DNA of 64,000 nucleotides from an uncultured delta proteobacterium. GTDB taxonomy: Bacteria; Desulfobacterota; Syntrophia; Syntrophales; UBA2185. Positions 48,439-56,979 of this stretch are shown here, one piece after another. The notes below the pieces were generated by a model. That model did not search any database and was not told the DNA's origin. It saw only the letters and a list, made by a program, of their open reading frames with translations. The translations under genes and the position numbers were made by a program. Position 1 is the first letter of the stretch. Each line of letters opens with the position of its first letter. The stretch lies in the NCBI GenBank assembly GCA_963729715.1, contig CAVSPA010000004.1, positions 320,001 to 384,000 of the forward strand, written 5' to 3'.

Positions 48439-50361
48439 ATGAAGGCCATTCGTTTTATAATGCTAGCATGCGTGCTTTCATTGCTGGCCTACACTCCCAT
48501 AGACGCAGCCTCCAAAGCGAAGCGCGGGGTCCAGATCACACCCATGCCCTCCCCTTCCCTCGACAGCCTATATAATCGGAGCTACGCCGTTATTGTCGGC
48601 ATCAATGCCTATGACAAATGGCCGTCCCTGGAATATGCCGTAAACGACGCCCGATCAATCGAGAAGCGACTCAAAGAGATGGGATTTGATACCATCACCC
48701 TTCTCGACAACTATGCTACAAGGGAGAACATCCTCAGAGTACTCGGTGATGAACTGCCGAAAAAGGTGGAGAAGAACGACCGGGTAATCATCTTCTTTGC
48801 CGGCCATGGCCAGACGGAGGAACTCGCGGACGGCAGCCAAATGGGTTACATCGTGCCCGTGGACAGCGATACCCGAAATATCTTCTCCACCGCCATATCC
48901 ATGGATCAGGTGCGGCAATTCTCGCGGCGTCTGCCGGCCAAGCATGTCCTCTATTTGATTGATGCCTGCTACTCAGGCCTGGGGCTTACCCGGTCAGGAG
49001 GCATACCCCCCAGCGACCGTGACTATCTGGACAAAATTACTACGCGGAAGGCGCACCAGATGCTGACGGCGGGCGGGAAAGGTGAACAGGCGCATGAAGA
49101 GGAAGGCCATGGAGTATTCACAAAATATATTCTGGAAGGACTCGCTGGTTCGGCAGACCGGGATGAAAAAGGCTATGTCACGTTCAGCGATCTTGCCTCA
49201 TATGTCAAACCAAAAGTGACGCGCATGACGCGCAATTCCCAGGTTCCGCAATACGGCAGCATTGACGGCGAAGGTGAATTTGTCTTTGTCCTGACCAAAG
49301 CAGCACCGACTGCAGCGGATATTCCGGCTAGCGGGCAGGAAGCAACCGCACGCCAACCTGAACGTATCGAGCCCGAGAAGCCAAAAGGCGTGAGAATGGG
49401 CCCTGATGTCACTTCTCTCGCTGCTACAATGAAAAACACAGTTGTCAGTATCACAACTACGCCTACGGAGGGGCAAACAAGAGAAACCAAGGGGGTTGAT
49501 GATCTTTTTGATAAATTCTTTGGTAATGCCCCTCCATCCCCAAAGCCGGGGCCAAAGGCCAAGAGCTTCGGGTCCGGTTTTATTATAAGCTCTGACGGCG
49601 ATATCTTAACAAACAATCACATTATTGAGCATGCTGAGAGCGTTCAGGTTGAACTTGCTACCGGACGTCAGTATGAGGCCAAAGTCATTGGCAAAGATAG
49701 AAGAACGGACGTTGCTCTAATAAGAATTAAGTCCGACGAAATCCTCCCCGCGGCTGGCATGGGCGATTCAGAACGACTACAAGTGGGAGAGAGGGTTCTC
49801 GCATTTGGTCATCCATGGGGACTGGAACAGACAGTAAGCTCCGGTATTGTCAGCGCCATTAGCGCCAAAGGTGATCCCGGATTCATTCAAATAGACTTCC
49901 CCATCTATCCCGGCAGCAGCGGCGGACCGCTTGTCAGCATGGAGGGCAAGGTAATCGGCATCAATACCGCGATTGAACCACAAACACCGGGAATCGGCTT
50001 TGCCATTCCCATCAATACGGTCAAGACCAGTTTATCGGATCTTAAGACGAAAGGAAAGGTAACAAGAGGATTCCTGGGTATTCAAGTTCAAGATATATCG
50101 GAAGAGACGGCGCAAAGCCTGAAACTCCAAGATAAAAGCGGCGCCCTGATTGCTCAAGTGGAAAAGGGAGGTCCGGCGGATGCCGCCGGTCTTCGCGCAG
50201 GTGATCTGCTTCTTGAGGTTAACGGAAAGAAGATTAAGGATGTCCGTCAACTTGTACTTCTTATCTCATCTCTTTCTGTGGGTGAAAAAACAATTGTCAA
50301 GGTTCTGCGCGATAGCCGGCCAATGACATTTCGCGCCATCATTGCTGAAAGAAAAGATTAA
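48439..50361 (+). CDS. Secreted caspase (C14)-HtrA/trypsin-PDZ fusion protease
   Basis: Signal peptide; FAGHG and IDACYSG; TNNH, TDVAL, PGSSGG; RGFLGI PDZ. Confidence 0.9.
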   Translation: MKAIRFIMLACVLSLLAYTPIDAASKAKRGVQITPMPSPSLDSLYNRSYAVIVGINAYDKWPSLEYAVNDARSIEKRLKEMGFDTITLLDNYATRENILRVLGDELPKKVEKNDRVIIFFAGHGQTEELADGSQMGYIVPVDSDTRNIFSTAISMDQVRQFSRRLPAKHVLYLIDACYSGLGLTRSGGIPPSDRDYLDKITTRKAHQMLTAGGKGEQAHEEEGHGVFTKYILEGLAGSADRDEKGYVTFSDLASYVKPKVTRMTRNSQVPQYGSIDGEGEFVFVLTKAAPTAADIPASGQEATARQPERIEPEKPKGVRMGPDVTSLAATMKNTVVSITTTPTEGQTRETKGVDDLFDKFFGNAPPSPKPGPKAKSFGSGFIISSDGDILTNNHIIEHAESVQVELATGRQYEAKVIGKDRRTDVALIRIKSDEILPAAGMGDSERLQVGERVLAFGHPWGLEQTVSSGIVSAISAKGDPGFIQIDFPIYPGSSGGPLVSMEGKVIGINTAIEPQTPGIGFAIPINTVKTSLSDLKTKGKVTRGFLGIQVQDISEETAQSLKLQDKSGALIAQVEKGGPADAAGLRAGDLLLEVNGKKIKDVRQLVLLISSLSVGEKTIVKVLRDSRPMTFRAIIAERKD

Positions 50362-50419
50362 TTGAACTCCCTAAGGAAATAGACGGGAAAGACCGCGGAT
50401 ACGCGGGACGCACAAATAG

Positions 50420-51043
50420 ATGGGCCTGCTCAAACTCCTCATAAACGATCCTTTTACATTCATCCTCCTTGCCATACCTCTTTTGTATTCCGTCATCCTT
50501 CACGAGCTGGCCCATGGCTGGGTGGCGTACCGCATGGGCGACTCAACGGCAAAATGGCAGGGCAGGCTCAGCCTCAATCCCTTAAAGCATCTCGATCCGA
50601 TTGGCACCATCATGCTCTTCCTCTTCGGCTTCGGCTGGGCGAAGCCCGTGCCTGTAAATTTCAGTAACTTGCGCGATGCACGCAAAGGACTGATACTCGT
50701 CTCCTCGGCGGGAATCATCACAAATATGTTTCTCGCCTTTATAGCCTTCTTTCTTAATCGCTTCTTGTCGCCGGAGCCGGGAGGGGTCTTATCCACTCTC
50801 CTCTATTACCTGGCACAGATCAACATCATACTGGCCTCGTTCAACATGATCCCCATTCCACCCCTTGACGGTTCAAAAATTCTCATGGGATTTGCGCCGG
50901 CAAGGCTTCAATACAGCCTTTCCCGTCTCGAGCCTTACGGATTCTTTATCATCATCGGACTCCTGTATTTCAGAGTATTAAACCCTCTCATCGATCTTTT
51001 CCGCTCCCTGATCTTAGTCCTCATAAGCGCCTTGCTGCCGTAA
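50420..51043 (+). CDS. Site-2 protease (M50) family
   Basis: HELAH, NMIPIPPLDG. Confidence 0.95.
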   Translation: MGLLKLLINDPFTFILLAIPLLYSVILHELAHGWVAYRMGDSTAKWQGRLSLNPLKHLDPIGTIMLFLFGFGWAKPVPVNFSNLRDARKGLILVSSAGIITNMFLAFIAFFLNRFLSPEPGGVLSTLLYYLAQINIILASFNMIPIPPLDGSKILMGFAPARLQYSLSRLEPYGFFIIIGLLYFRVLNPLIDLFRSLILVLISALLP

Positions 51044-51178
51044 GGCAGGCCATCATCACGTCTTGTCAATGATGTGAAACTCTGCCCATCATTGGCCGAG
51101 AGAGACTGACCGCCCCTTTTACCCTATGCTGCGTCCCCAAGTCGTCATGCAAAATGTTCATCGACAGACTTTTTTACC

Positions 51179-51206
51179 TTGACGTCAAATTTTTTTTATG
51201 TATAAG
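51179..51206 (+). promoter_or_regulatory. Sigma70-like promoter of the Nramp-related operon
   Basis: TTGACG-N16-TATAAG; palindrome TTGACGTCAA overlaps -35. Confidence 0.5.
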
Positions 51207-51264
51207 GGGAAAATCCGAAATGCTGATGTTGAATTTGAATTATTTTGTTGGAGTAAACCAAATT

Positions 51265-51440
51265 ATATGGAACCTCCTGGTTGTAGAGGGACTGATGACT
51301 GCCTGACCGTGGTTCCCGGTAAAACAAAATAGAAGTATCATCCCGGAAGTATTTACATCACCTATCTGTTAGCCTTTGCTCCGCAGATTTCCGGGGTATA
51401 TGTTTGCACCGGAAATCATTGCCGCTCCTCATGCCTCTAT
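51265..51440 (+). ncRNA. Candidate structured cis-regulatory leader
   Basis: GGAACC...GGTTCC closing stem enclosing CCTC/GAGG; hairpin GATTTCCGG...CCGGAAATC (51386-51417); about 320-nt leader. Confidence 0.4.
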
Positions 51441-51532
51441 TTCCCAATATTGATTAACCCGACTTTCTAAATCTTTCGATTTATTTAGTCCTAACAGGAA
51501 TAGATCGTTTTCCTTTTGATGGTGCGTGTCTT

Positions 51533-52840
51533 ATGTTCTGGGTAAGCAAGAGCATACACATCCTGAATCGCTTTCGCAGGCAGTTCATCATATTTCTCTC
51601 AGTTCTCGGCCCGGGCATTATTGTCATGGTTGCCGACAACGATGCAGGGGGAATTTCTACCTATGCCGTGACAGGTTCCAAGTATGGCTTTTCCCTGCTA
51701 TGGATGTTCATCATCCTTCTTCCCATGGCCTATTACGTTCAGGAGATGACTGTCCGTCTCGGGGCTGTTACCAAGCGCGGCCACGCAGAGGCTATCTTTG
51801 ACGGTTTCGGCCCCTTCTGGGGGTGGTTTTCCCTGATTGATCTGACTATAGTGAACTGGCTCACCCTGGTAACAGAGTATGTCGGGATGACAGCAGCCAT
51901 GAGTCTCTTCGGAGTGCCGCCATGGCTGACCGTGATTGTCGTTACAGCAATTCTCTTTACTGTGATCGTTTCCGGTCAATACTGGACCTTTGAAAGAATA
52001 ACTCTTTTTTTCTGTTGCTTTAATCTCGTTTACATCCCCGCCGCCTTGTGGGCCATGGAGACGCCTAACGCTCCCACATGGAACGCGGTATCCAAAGGAT
52101 TTTATAACCCTGATATCGGCGGATTCAACGCAGATCTCATCTTTATCATTCTGGCCAACATCGGTACAACTATTGCCCCATGGATGCTTTTTTTCCAGCA
52201 GAGCGCCGTTGTAGATAAGGGTCTGGACATCCATGATATCAAGTATGGCAAACTCGAGACTTTCGTGGGTTCGATATCAACGTGCGTTGTTGCCGTTTTC
52301 ATTATCATTGCAACTGCCGCGGTTTTTTATTTCCACAAACCTCCAATTGCCATTGAGGATGCCGCGCAGACGGCTGAGGCTATTGTGCCTTTCCTACCCG
52401 TAGGACAGGGTGATTGGGCCCGGAAACTCTTCGCTATCGGCCTTTTTGATGCCGGTTTCCTGGGAGCTCTTTGCATTTCGCTATCCACCTCCTGGGCTGT
52501 AGGAGAGGTCTTCGGCTGGGCGCACTCATTGAACAAGAAGGTCAAAGAGGCACCCTGGTTTTATTCGATTTACCTTGTTATGCTAACCACTTCGGGAGCC
52601 GTTGTTCTGATCCCCGGTGCTCCTTTAATCACGATTACTATGTTTGTGCAGGTTGTCGCGGTAACCTTGCTTCCGGCAGCGCTTGTTTTCCTGCTCCTGC
52701 TGCTTAATGATAAACCCCTTATGGGTGCGCATGTCAACACTCTCTGGGAAAACATCATGAACTGGTCCATTGTTTTTCTCGTCGTCGTCATGTCATCTTT
52801 GTTGGGCATCAGCACGATTTTTCCGGAGCTATTTAAATAA
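51533..52840 (+). CDS. Nramp-related Mg2+ transporter (NrmT-like)
   Basis: DNDAGG in place of DPGN; GTTIAPW in TM6; MgtE-N/CBS partner follows. Confidence 0.85.
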   Translation: MFWVSKSIHILNRFRRQFIIFLSVLGPGIIVMVADNDAGGISTYAVTGSKYGFSLLWMFIILLPMAYYVQEMTVRLGAVTKRGHAEAIFDGFGPFWGWFSLIDLTIVNWLTLVTEYVGMTAAMSLFGVPPWLTVIVVTAILFTVIVSGQYWTFERITLFFCCFNLVYIPAALWAMETPNAPTWNAVSKGFYNPDIGGFNADLIFIILANIGTTIAPWMLFFQQSAVVDKGLDIHDIKYGKLETFVGSISTCVVAVFIIIATAAVFYFHKPPIAIEDAAQTAEAIVPFLPVGQGDWARKLFAIGLFDAGFLGALCISLSTSWAVGEVFGWAHSLNKKVKEAPWFYSIYLVMLTTSGAVVLIPGAPLITITMFVQVVAVTLLPAALVFLLLLLNDKPLMGAHVNTLWENIMNWSIVFLVVVMSSLLGISTIFPELFK

Positions 52841-52858
52841 CGATCCAGGAGTAGAGCC

Positions 52859-54154
52859 ATGGCAGAAATGAATCAGAAATTAAAAGTTCCAGACCTGCCC
52901 CATGGAATAGGCACTTATCGGTTCATCTATTTTTCGGAGCTCTTGAAGAAACCCGTCTGCACCGGAAAGATCGGGAACCGCATCGGCAGACTTACTGATC
53001 TCGTTTTTGCTGTTGCTGAGCCTTACCCTGACGCTGTCGGCATTTATATTGAGCATGGATGGGGCAAACCCACAACATTCATCCCCTGGAGCAGAGTCCT
53101 CCGCATCGAAGATGACGCAATTTTTGTTCAACCCCCTGACGAAGGAAATGAGTACCCGCCCTTTGTCGACCAGCCCGGCTGGATACTCATGGATAAGCAT
53201 CTTATGGGCCGCACCATCGTAGACATGGATGACAGGCGCGTCGAGGTAGTCAACGACGTTCATCTCCTCGAAGCAAAGGGTCGGTTCCTCCTTGTCCATG
53301 TGGATATTTCCTTCAATGGTTTCCTGCGCCGCTGGGGACTGGGGAAGCTTAACTGGATGAAGGATGACCTTATTTCCTGGAAATACGTCCAGCCTCTCTC
53401 CGTTGAAGATGCCGTCTCTACCGATAAGGTATCGCTCTCGGTTACCCGCAGGCAGATTCATGAACTCCCCAGCGAGGATCTGGCTGATATGCTCGAAGAA
53501 CTCGGCAAAGAGGAAAAGGATGCCCTCTTTTCAGCCCTCGATTCGGAGAAGGCCGCAGAAACCCTCGCGGAAGCCGAACCACGGACACAACGTCAGATCA
53601 TCGCTGCTCTCCGCAAGGAACGAGCGAGAAATATCTTTACGGAAATGACGATCCCGCAATTGGCCGGGCTGTTTTCCATACTTCCCCACGACCATGTTTC
53701 CGATTTGATGGCGTTGCTAACGAAGGATCAGGCGGATCGCGTTCAGTCAATTCTATCTGAACGTGAAGCCACGGCCAAAGGAATGATGTCCTCCGACTTC
53801 CTCACCATGGCAAAGGAGACGACTGTCGGCGAGGCATTGGCAAAGATCAGGCAATCCTCCATGGAGCCGGAAAGTATTTCTTATATCTACGTGATAGGCG
53901 AAAACGGCCAGCCCCTCCTCGGCGTCATAGATCTGCGTGAACTCATTCTTGCTGCAAATGACATGAAGCTTGGCGATATCATGATAGCGCCCGTGGTAAC
54001 CGCAGAGGAAGATGATGTTCAGGACGACCTGTCCGAAATGTTCGCCAAGTATCACTACAGGATGATACCTGTCGTAGACAGCCAAGACAATATTTTAGGT
54101 GTCATTCGTTACAACGATATTATGAAGGGTGTGGAAACCAGAATCAAGATTTAG
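52859..54154 (+). CDS. PRC-barrel + MgtE N-terminal + CBS soluble protein
   Basis: DLADMLEEL, CBS pair, no TM domain. Confidence 0.85.
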   Translation: MAEMNQKLKVPDLPHGIGTYRFIYFSELLKKPVCTGKIGNRIGRLTDLVFAVAEPYPDAVGIYIEHGWGKPTTFIPWSRVLRIEDDAIFVQPPDEGNEYPPFVDQPGWILMDKHLMGRTIVDMDDRRVEVVNDVHLLEAKGRFLLVHVDISFNGFLRRWGLGKLNWMKDDLISWKYVQPLSVEDAVSTDKVSLSVTRRQIHELPSEDLADMLEELGKEEKDALFSALDSEKAAETLAEAEPRTQRQIIAALRKERARNIFTEMTIPQLAGLFSILPHDHVSDLMALLTKDQADRVQSILSEREATAKGMMSSDFLTMAKETTVGEALAKIRQSSMEPESISYIYVIGENGQPLLGVIDLRELILAANDMKLGDIMIAPVVTAEEDDVQDDLSEMFAKYHYRMIPVVDSQDNILGVIRYNDIMKGVETRIKI

Positions 54155-54164
54155 GGAGGATCGA

Positions 54165-54275
54165 ATGCCCCGCGTACAAATGACCAAAGCGACCAAGGTT
54201 GCGCTATACTTTTTGAGATTTTATTTAGTCTTCCTTTTGATTTTAATCTTCGTGAAATTTATAAAGAGTTTTTGA
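54165..54275 (+). CDS. 36-aa single-TM small protein
   Basis: GGAGG RBS; MPRVQMTKATKVALYFLRFYLVFLLILIFVKFIKSF. Confidence 0.75.
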   Translation: MPRVQMTKATKVALYFLRFYLVFLLILIFVKFIKSF

Positions 54276-54372
54276 TGAGCCGAAATCTTTATATCTCGCG
54301 CAACGAGCGACCATAACCGAACTTGACAGCTTAAATTCTTCCCTTTTGTATGAATCCTCATTATCCCTTTGC

Positions 54373-55086
54373 CTACCTCTCTTTTTTTCCAGCCATTTTG
54401 AGCAACGTGTCTCGATAGATGAAAATCAGCAGAAAAAATACAACAACTAATAACATAATTAAGAGAAGCACCCAGATGCGCAAGGCCCTAAAACTATCTC
54501 CGCTCACCGAAAGCAATACGGTCCCAAATAACCTGCCCACGGTCGAAACGGCCATAAATGTCCAGATATTCATGTGGCTCAGACCTACTATGTAACAGAG
54601 TGCAGCTTTAGGAAACCCTGGAATCAGAAAAAGGATGAAGCAGACTAAGGGCCCCCGCATTTCGATAACGTGATCGTATTTCTCCATAATTGAAGGCCTT
54701 ACCAGCCTTTTCACGAGCCGCAAGCCGAATGTCCGAGAGAGCAGAAAGGCTAACCATGAACCAATGCTGAGACCTATTGTCGAATAGATTGCCCCTACGA
54801 CGGGACCGTAGAGATAGCCGCCGACAAATCCGGATATTTCAGCAGGCAGTGCTCCGGCTATCAATACTTGAAAGATTTGAACAATGATGAAAACGAGATC
54901 ATCGTAAGGATGAAACGATTCGATGAAATAAACAATTTTCTGGTTGTAATAATCAATATAAGCGTAATATTTGTAGCTGAAAGCGAATTTAATACCTACG
55001 ATAACTAATATGATTAGCAGCAAAACATAGAGGATGCGGCGGTTATTCGATACGACCATCCGTTTATCTTGTTTAGCTAGAGCCAA
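54373..55086 (-). CDS. TVP38/TMEM64 (DedA superfamily) membrane protein
   Basis: GGYLYG, LFLIPGFP, YIVGLS motifs. Confidence 0.85.
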   Translation of the reverse strand: MALAKQDKRMVVSNNRRILYVLLLIILVIVGIKFAFSYKYYAYIDYYNQKIVYFIESFHPYDDLVFIIVQIFQVLIAGALPAEISGFVGGYLYGPVVGAIYSTIGLSIGSWLAFLLSRTFGLRLVKRLVRPSIMEKYDHVIEMRGPLVCFILFLIPGFPKAALCYIVGLSHMNIWTFMAVSTVGRLFGTVLLSVSGDSFRALRIWVLLLIMLLVVVFFLLIFIYRDTLLKMAGKKER

Positions 55087-55397
55087 GGCTTATGTCCTTA
55101 AAATTACCAAGATGAGTGGTTTAAGAGTATTTTTACTAAACAACAAGCACTTAGGGGAATCTTGAGACCGCAAGGACGTCTTTTTTTCTCAGATACGATT
55201 TGAGGACTCTTACAACGCATTCTCCTCAAAGTCAAATCGATATCTTTCGCCTGGAGTAGTCATTCTGCTCCCTTTCATCTCGCAGTACATATTTCATCAA
55301 ATACCAAGCGCAAGTCATTGCCAACTGAAGATGCTGATTGACTGTTTAGGCAAAATCTTATAAAATAACGAATAAAACATCATAGGAGGCAAAATAA

Positions 55398-55595
55398 ATG
55401 AGAGGTCTTCTTCAACCAATGCACATCTTGGTAATATTGGTGATTGTCCTCATAATCTTTGGTCCAGGCAAACTTCCTGAATTGGGAAGCGCTATAGGCA
55501 AAGCCATAAGGGGTTTCAAACGCTCTATGGAAGACACGAAAGAGAAGATTGAGAGTGCCGTAAACGCCGATAAAACAGAAAATAAGAAAGATTGA
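55398..55595 (+). CDS. tatA: Twin-arginine translocase TatA/E
   Basis: IIFGPGKLPELGSAIGKAIRGFK; AGGAGG RBS. Confidence 0.95.
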   Translation: MRGLLQPMHILVILVIVLIIFGPGKLPELGSAIGKAIRGFKRSMEDTKEKIESAVNADKTENKKD

Positions 55596-55831
55596 TTTTC
55601 ACTTGGCTGGTTTCCACAGCTGTGCGAATATGTAGATCCACTTCATGAACAAGCTGATACTGTCTGATAACTGATCATTCTAACGTCTGACATCGAGTGA
55701 TGCTCACGAGAACGAGAGTTAACAAATATCCGGTGAACCTATAGTTCTTTATTCAGATCCTTTCCTCATTCACAAACACAAAGCAGCCTATCAATTCCAT
55801 TCTTTATGCGCGCAGGACTCAGCAGGTAATT

Positions 55832-56326
55832 ATGGCGCAGACAGAAGGCAGGAAACTCGACAGCGGTGACTTGTTTCCGCGGATGGAGATCCGGTTTACA
55901 GACGGCACCTCCATCCACGTTCCTGATATGCTTCAAGGCTCTTGGACTGTTTTGTTAGTCTACAGGGGAGCATAGTGACCTTTCTGTCGTCAGCAGTTAG
56001 CTGAATTTCAGTCACGCATTTCTGATTACGATAGTAGGGACATTAAGGTAATTGCGGCTTCAACGGACAGCCTCGAGAATGCCCAGAAATCCGTGGAGAG
56101 AAAAAAACTGACCTTCGCCATTGCCTATGGACTCGATGCCCGGGGATTTACCGCTGCGACAGGGGCCTTTTTTGATGAAGTAAAGGATTACATACATGCA
56201 GCAGGCTTCATCCTCCGACAGGACGGCATTATTAATGAAGCCGTATACAGTACCGGACCGATTGGCCGCTTCACTCCGGCGGACGCCCTCTTCATGATCG
56301 ACTACCGTTCCAAGAAACCTTCCTAA
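55832..56326 (+). CDS. AhpC/TSA peroxiredoxin-like protein with UxxC motif; in-frame TAG directly before the Sec TGA (pseudogene or double readthrough)
   Basis: LDSGDLFP...VLLVYRGA-TAG-TGA-PFCRQQL...VIAASTD, in frame with ORF 56093-56326. Confidence 0.8.
55990..56004 (+). promoter_or_regulatory. Putative bacterial SECIS
   Basis: TCAGC[AGTTA]GCTGA; 16 nt between UGA and the loop; extendable by CTG/CAG. Confidence 0.6.
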
Positions 56327-56333
56327 TCGGGAA

Positions 56334-56777
56334 ATGACAGCGGACAAATTAAAAGCGCGTATTCTCGTCTTTATACAATTAGCCTGTATAATTTTTATCT
56401 TTGCATCCGGCACTCCTGTGGCAAACCATTTTCTGCTGCTTCTTCTCCAGATGGCGGGAATAGCAACCGGTATCTGGGCGGTCGCCACCATGGGCATTGG
56501 CAATATGAATATCTCGCCGCTCGTGAGAGACGCGGCGGCGCTCGTGACGAAAGGGCCCTACCGACTCATCAGACACCCCATGTATCTGGCTGTATTGCTG
56601 GTTATCTGGCCGCTCATCATTGACAACTTTTCCTTGCTGCGCATCGCCGCAGGACTTATTCTCACCATCGATTTGATAGTAAAGATGCTGTTCGAAGAAC
56701 GCCTTCTGAAAGAACAGTTTGCGGAATACGAGCCCTACATGAAAACCACAAAAAGGTTCATCCCTCTCCTTTTCTAA
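56334..56777 (+). CDS. Isoprenylcysteine carboxyl methyltransferase-family membrane protein
   Basis: LVTKGPYRLIRHPMY, EERLL, RFIP. Confidence 0.9.
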   Translation: MTADKLKARILVFIQLACIIFIFASGTPVANHFLLLLLQMAGIATGIWAVATMGIGNMNISPLVRDAAALVTKGPYRLIRHPMYLAVLLVIWPLIIDNFSLLRIAAGLILTIDLIVKMLFEERLLKEQFAEYEPYMKTTKRFIPLLF

Positions 56778-56855
56778 ATATGTTCCATGCACGAAGTCCC
56801 ATATAATTCCGAGCTTCCTAAATAACACCACTCTTGGCTCTCCCAAAGTAGAATA

Positions 56856-56891
56856 GTCATTTCTTATGTCATTTCTTATGTCATTTCTTAT
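56856..56891. repeat. (GTCATTTCTTAT)x3 tandem repeat
   Basis: Three perfect 12-bp units. Confidence 0.95.
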
Positions 56892-56919
56892 TGACAGACA
56901 ATCACCATTTCTTTATTAT
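56891..56919 (+). promoter_or_regulatory. Sigma70 promoter of Lon-like gene
   Basis: TTGACA-N17-TATTAT. Confidence 0.7.
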
Positions 56920-56979
56920 TTTTTATACGCATCTCACCACTTAAGGACAGTTCCCCATAATTACTTAAGGATTTACCGT

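Noticed and set aside
51265..51310. Fluoride riboswitch (ATGGA...CTGATGAC resemblance)
   Set aside because: Expected pseudoknot pairing is not satisfied and the downstream genes are not fluoride-related
25211..54154. Genome-wide reassignment of TAG to an amino acid
   Set aside because: Several genes end in TAG at their natural family C-termini (25211, 28425, 29778, 42096, 54154), so TAG still works as stop; only conditional readthrough remains possible
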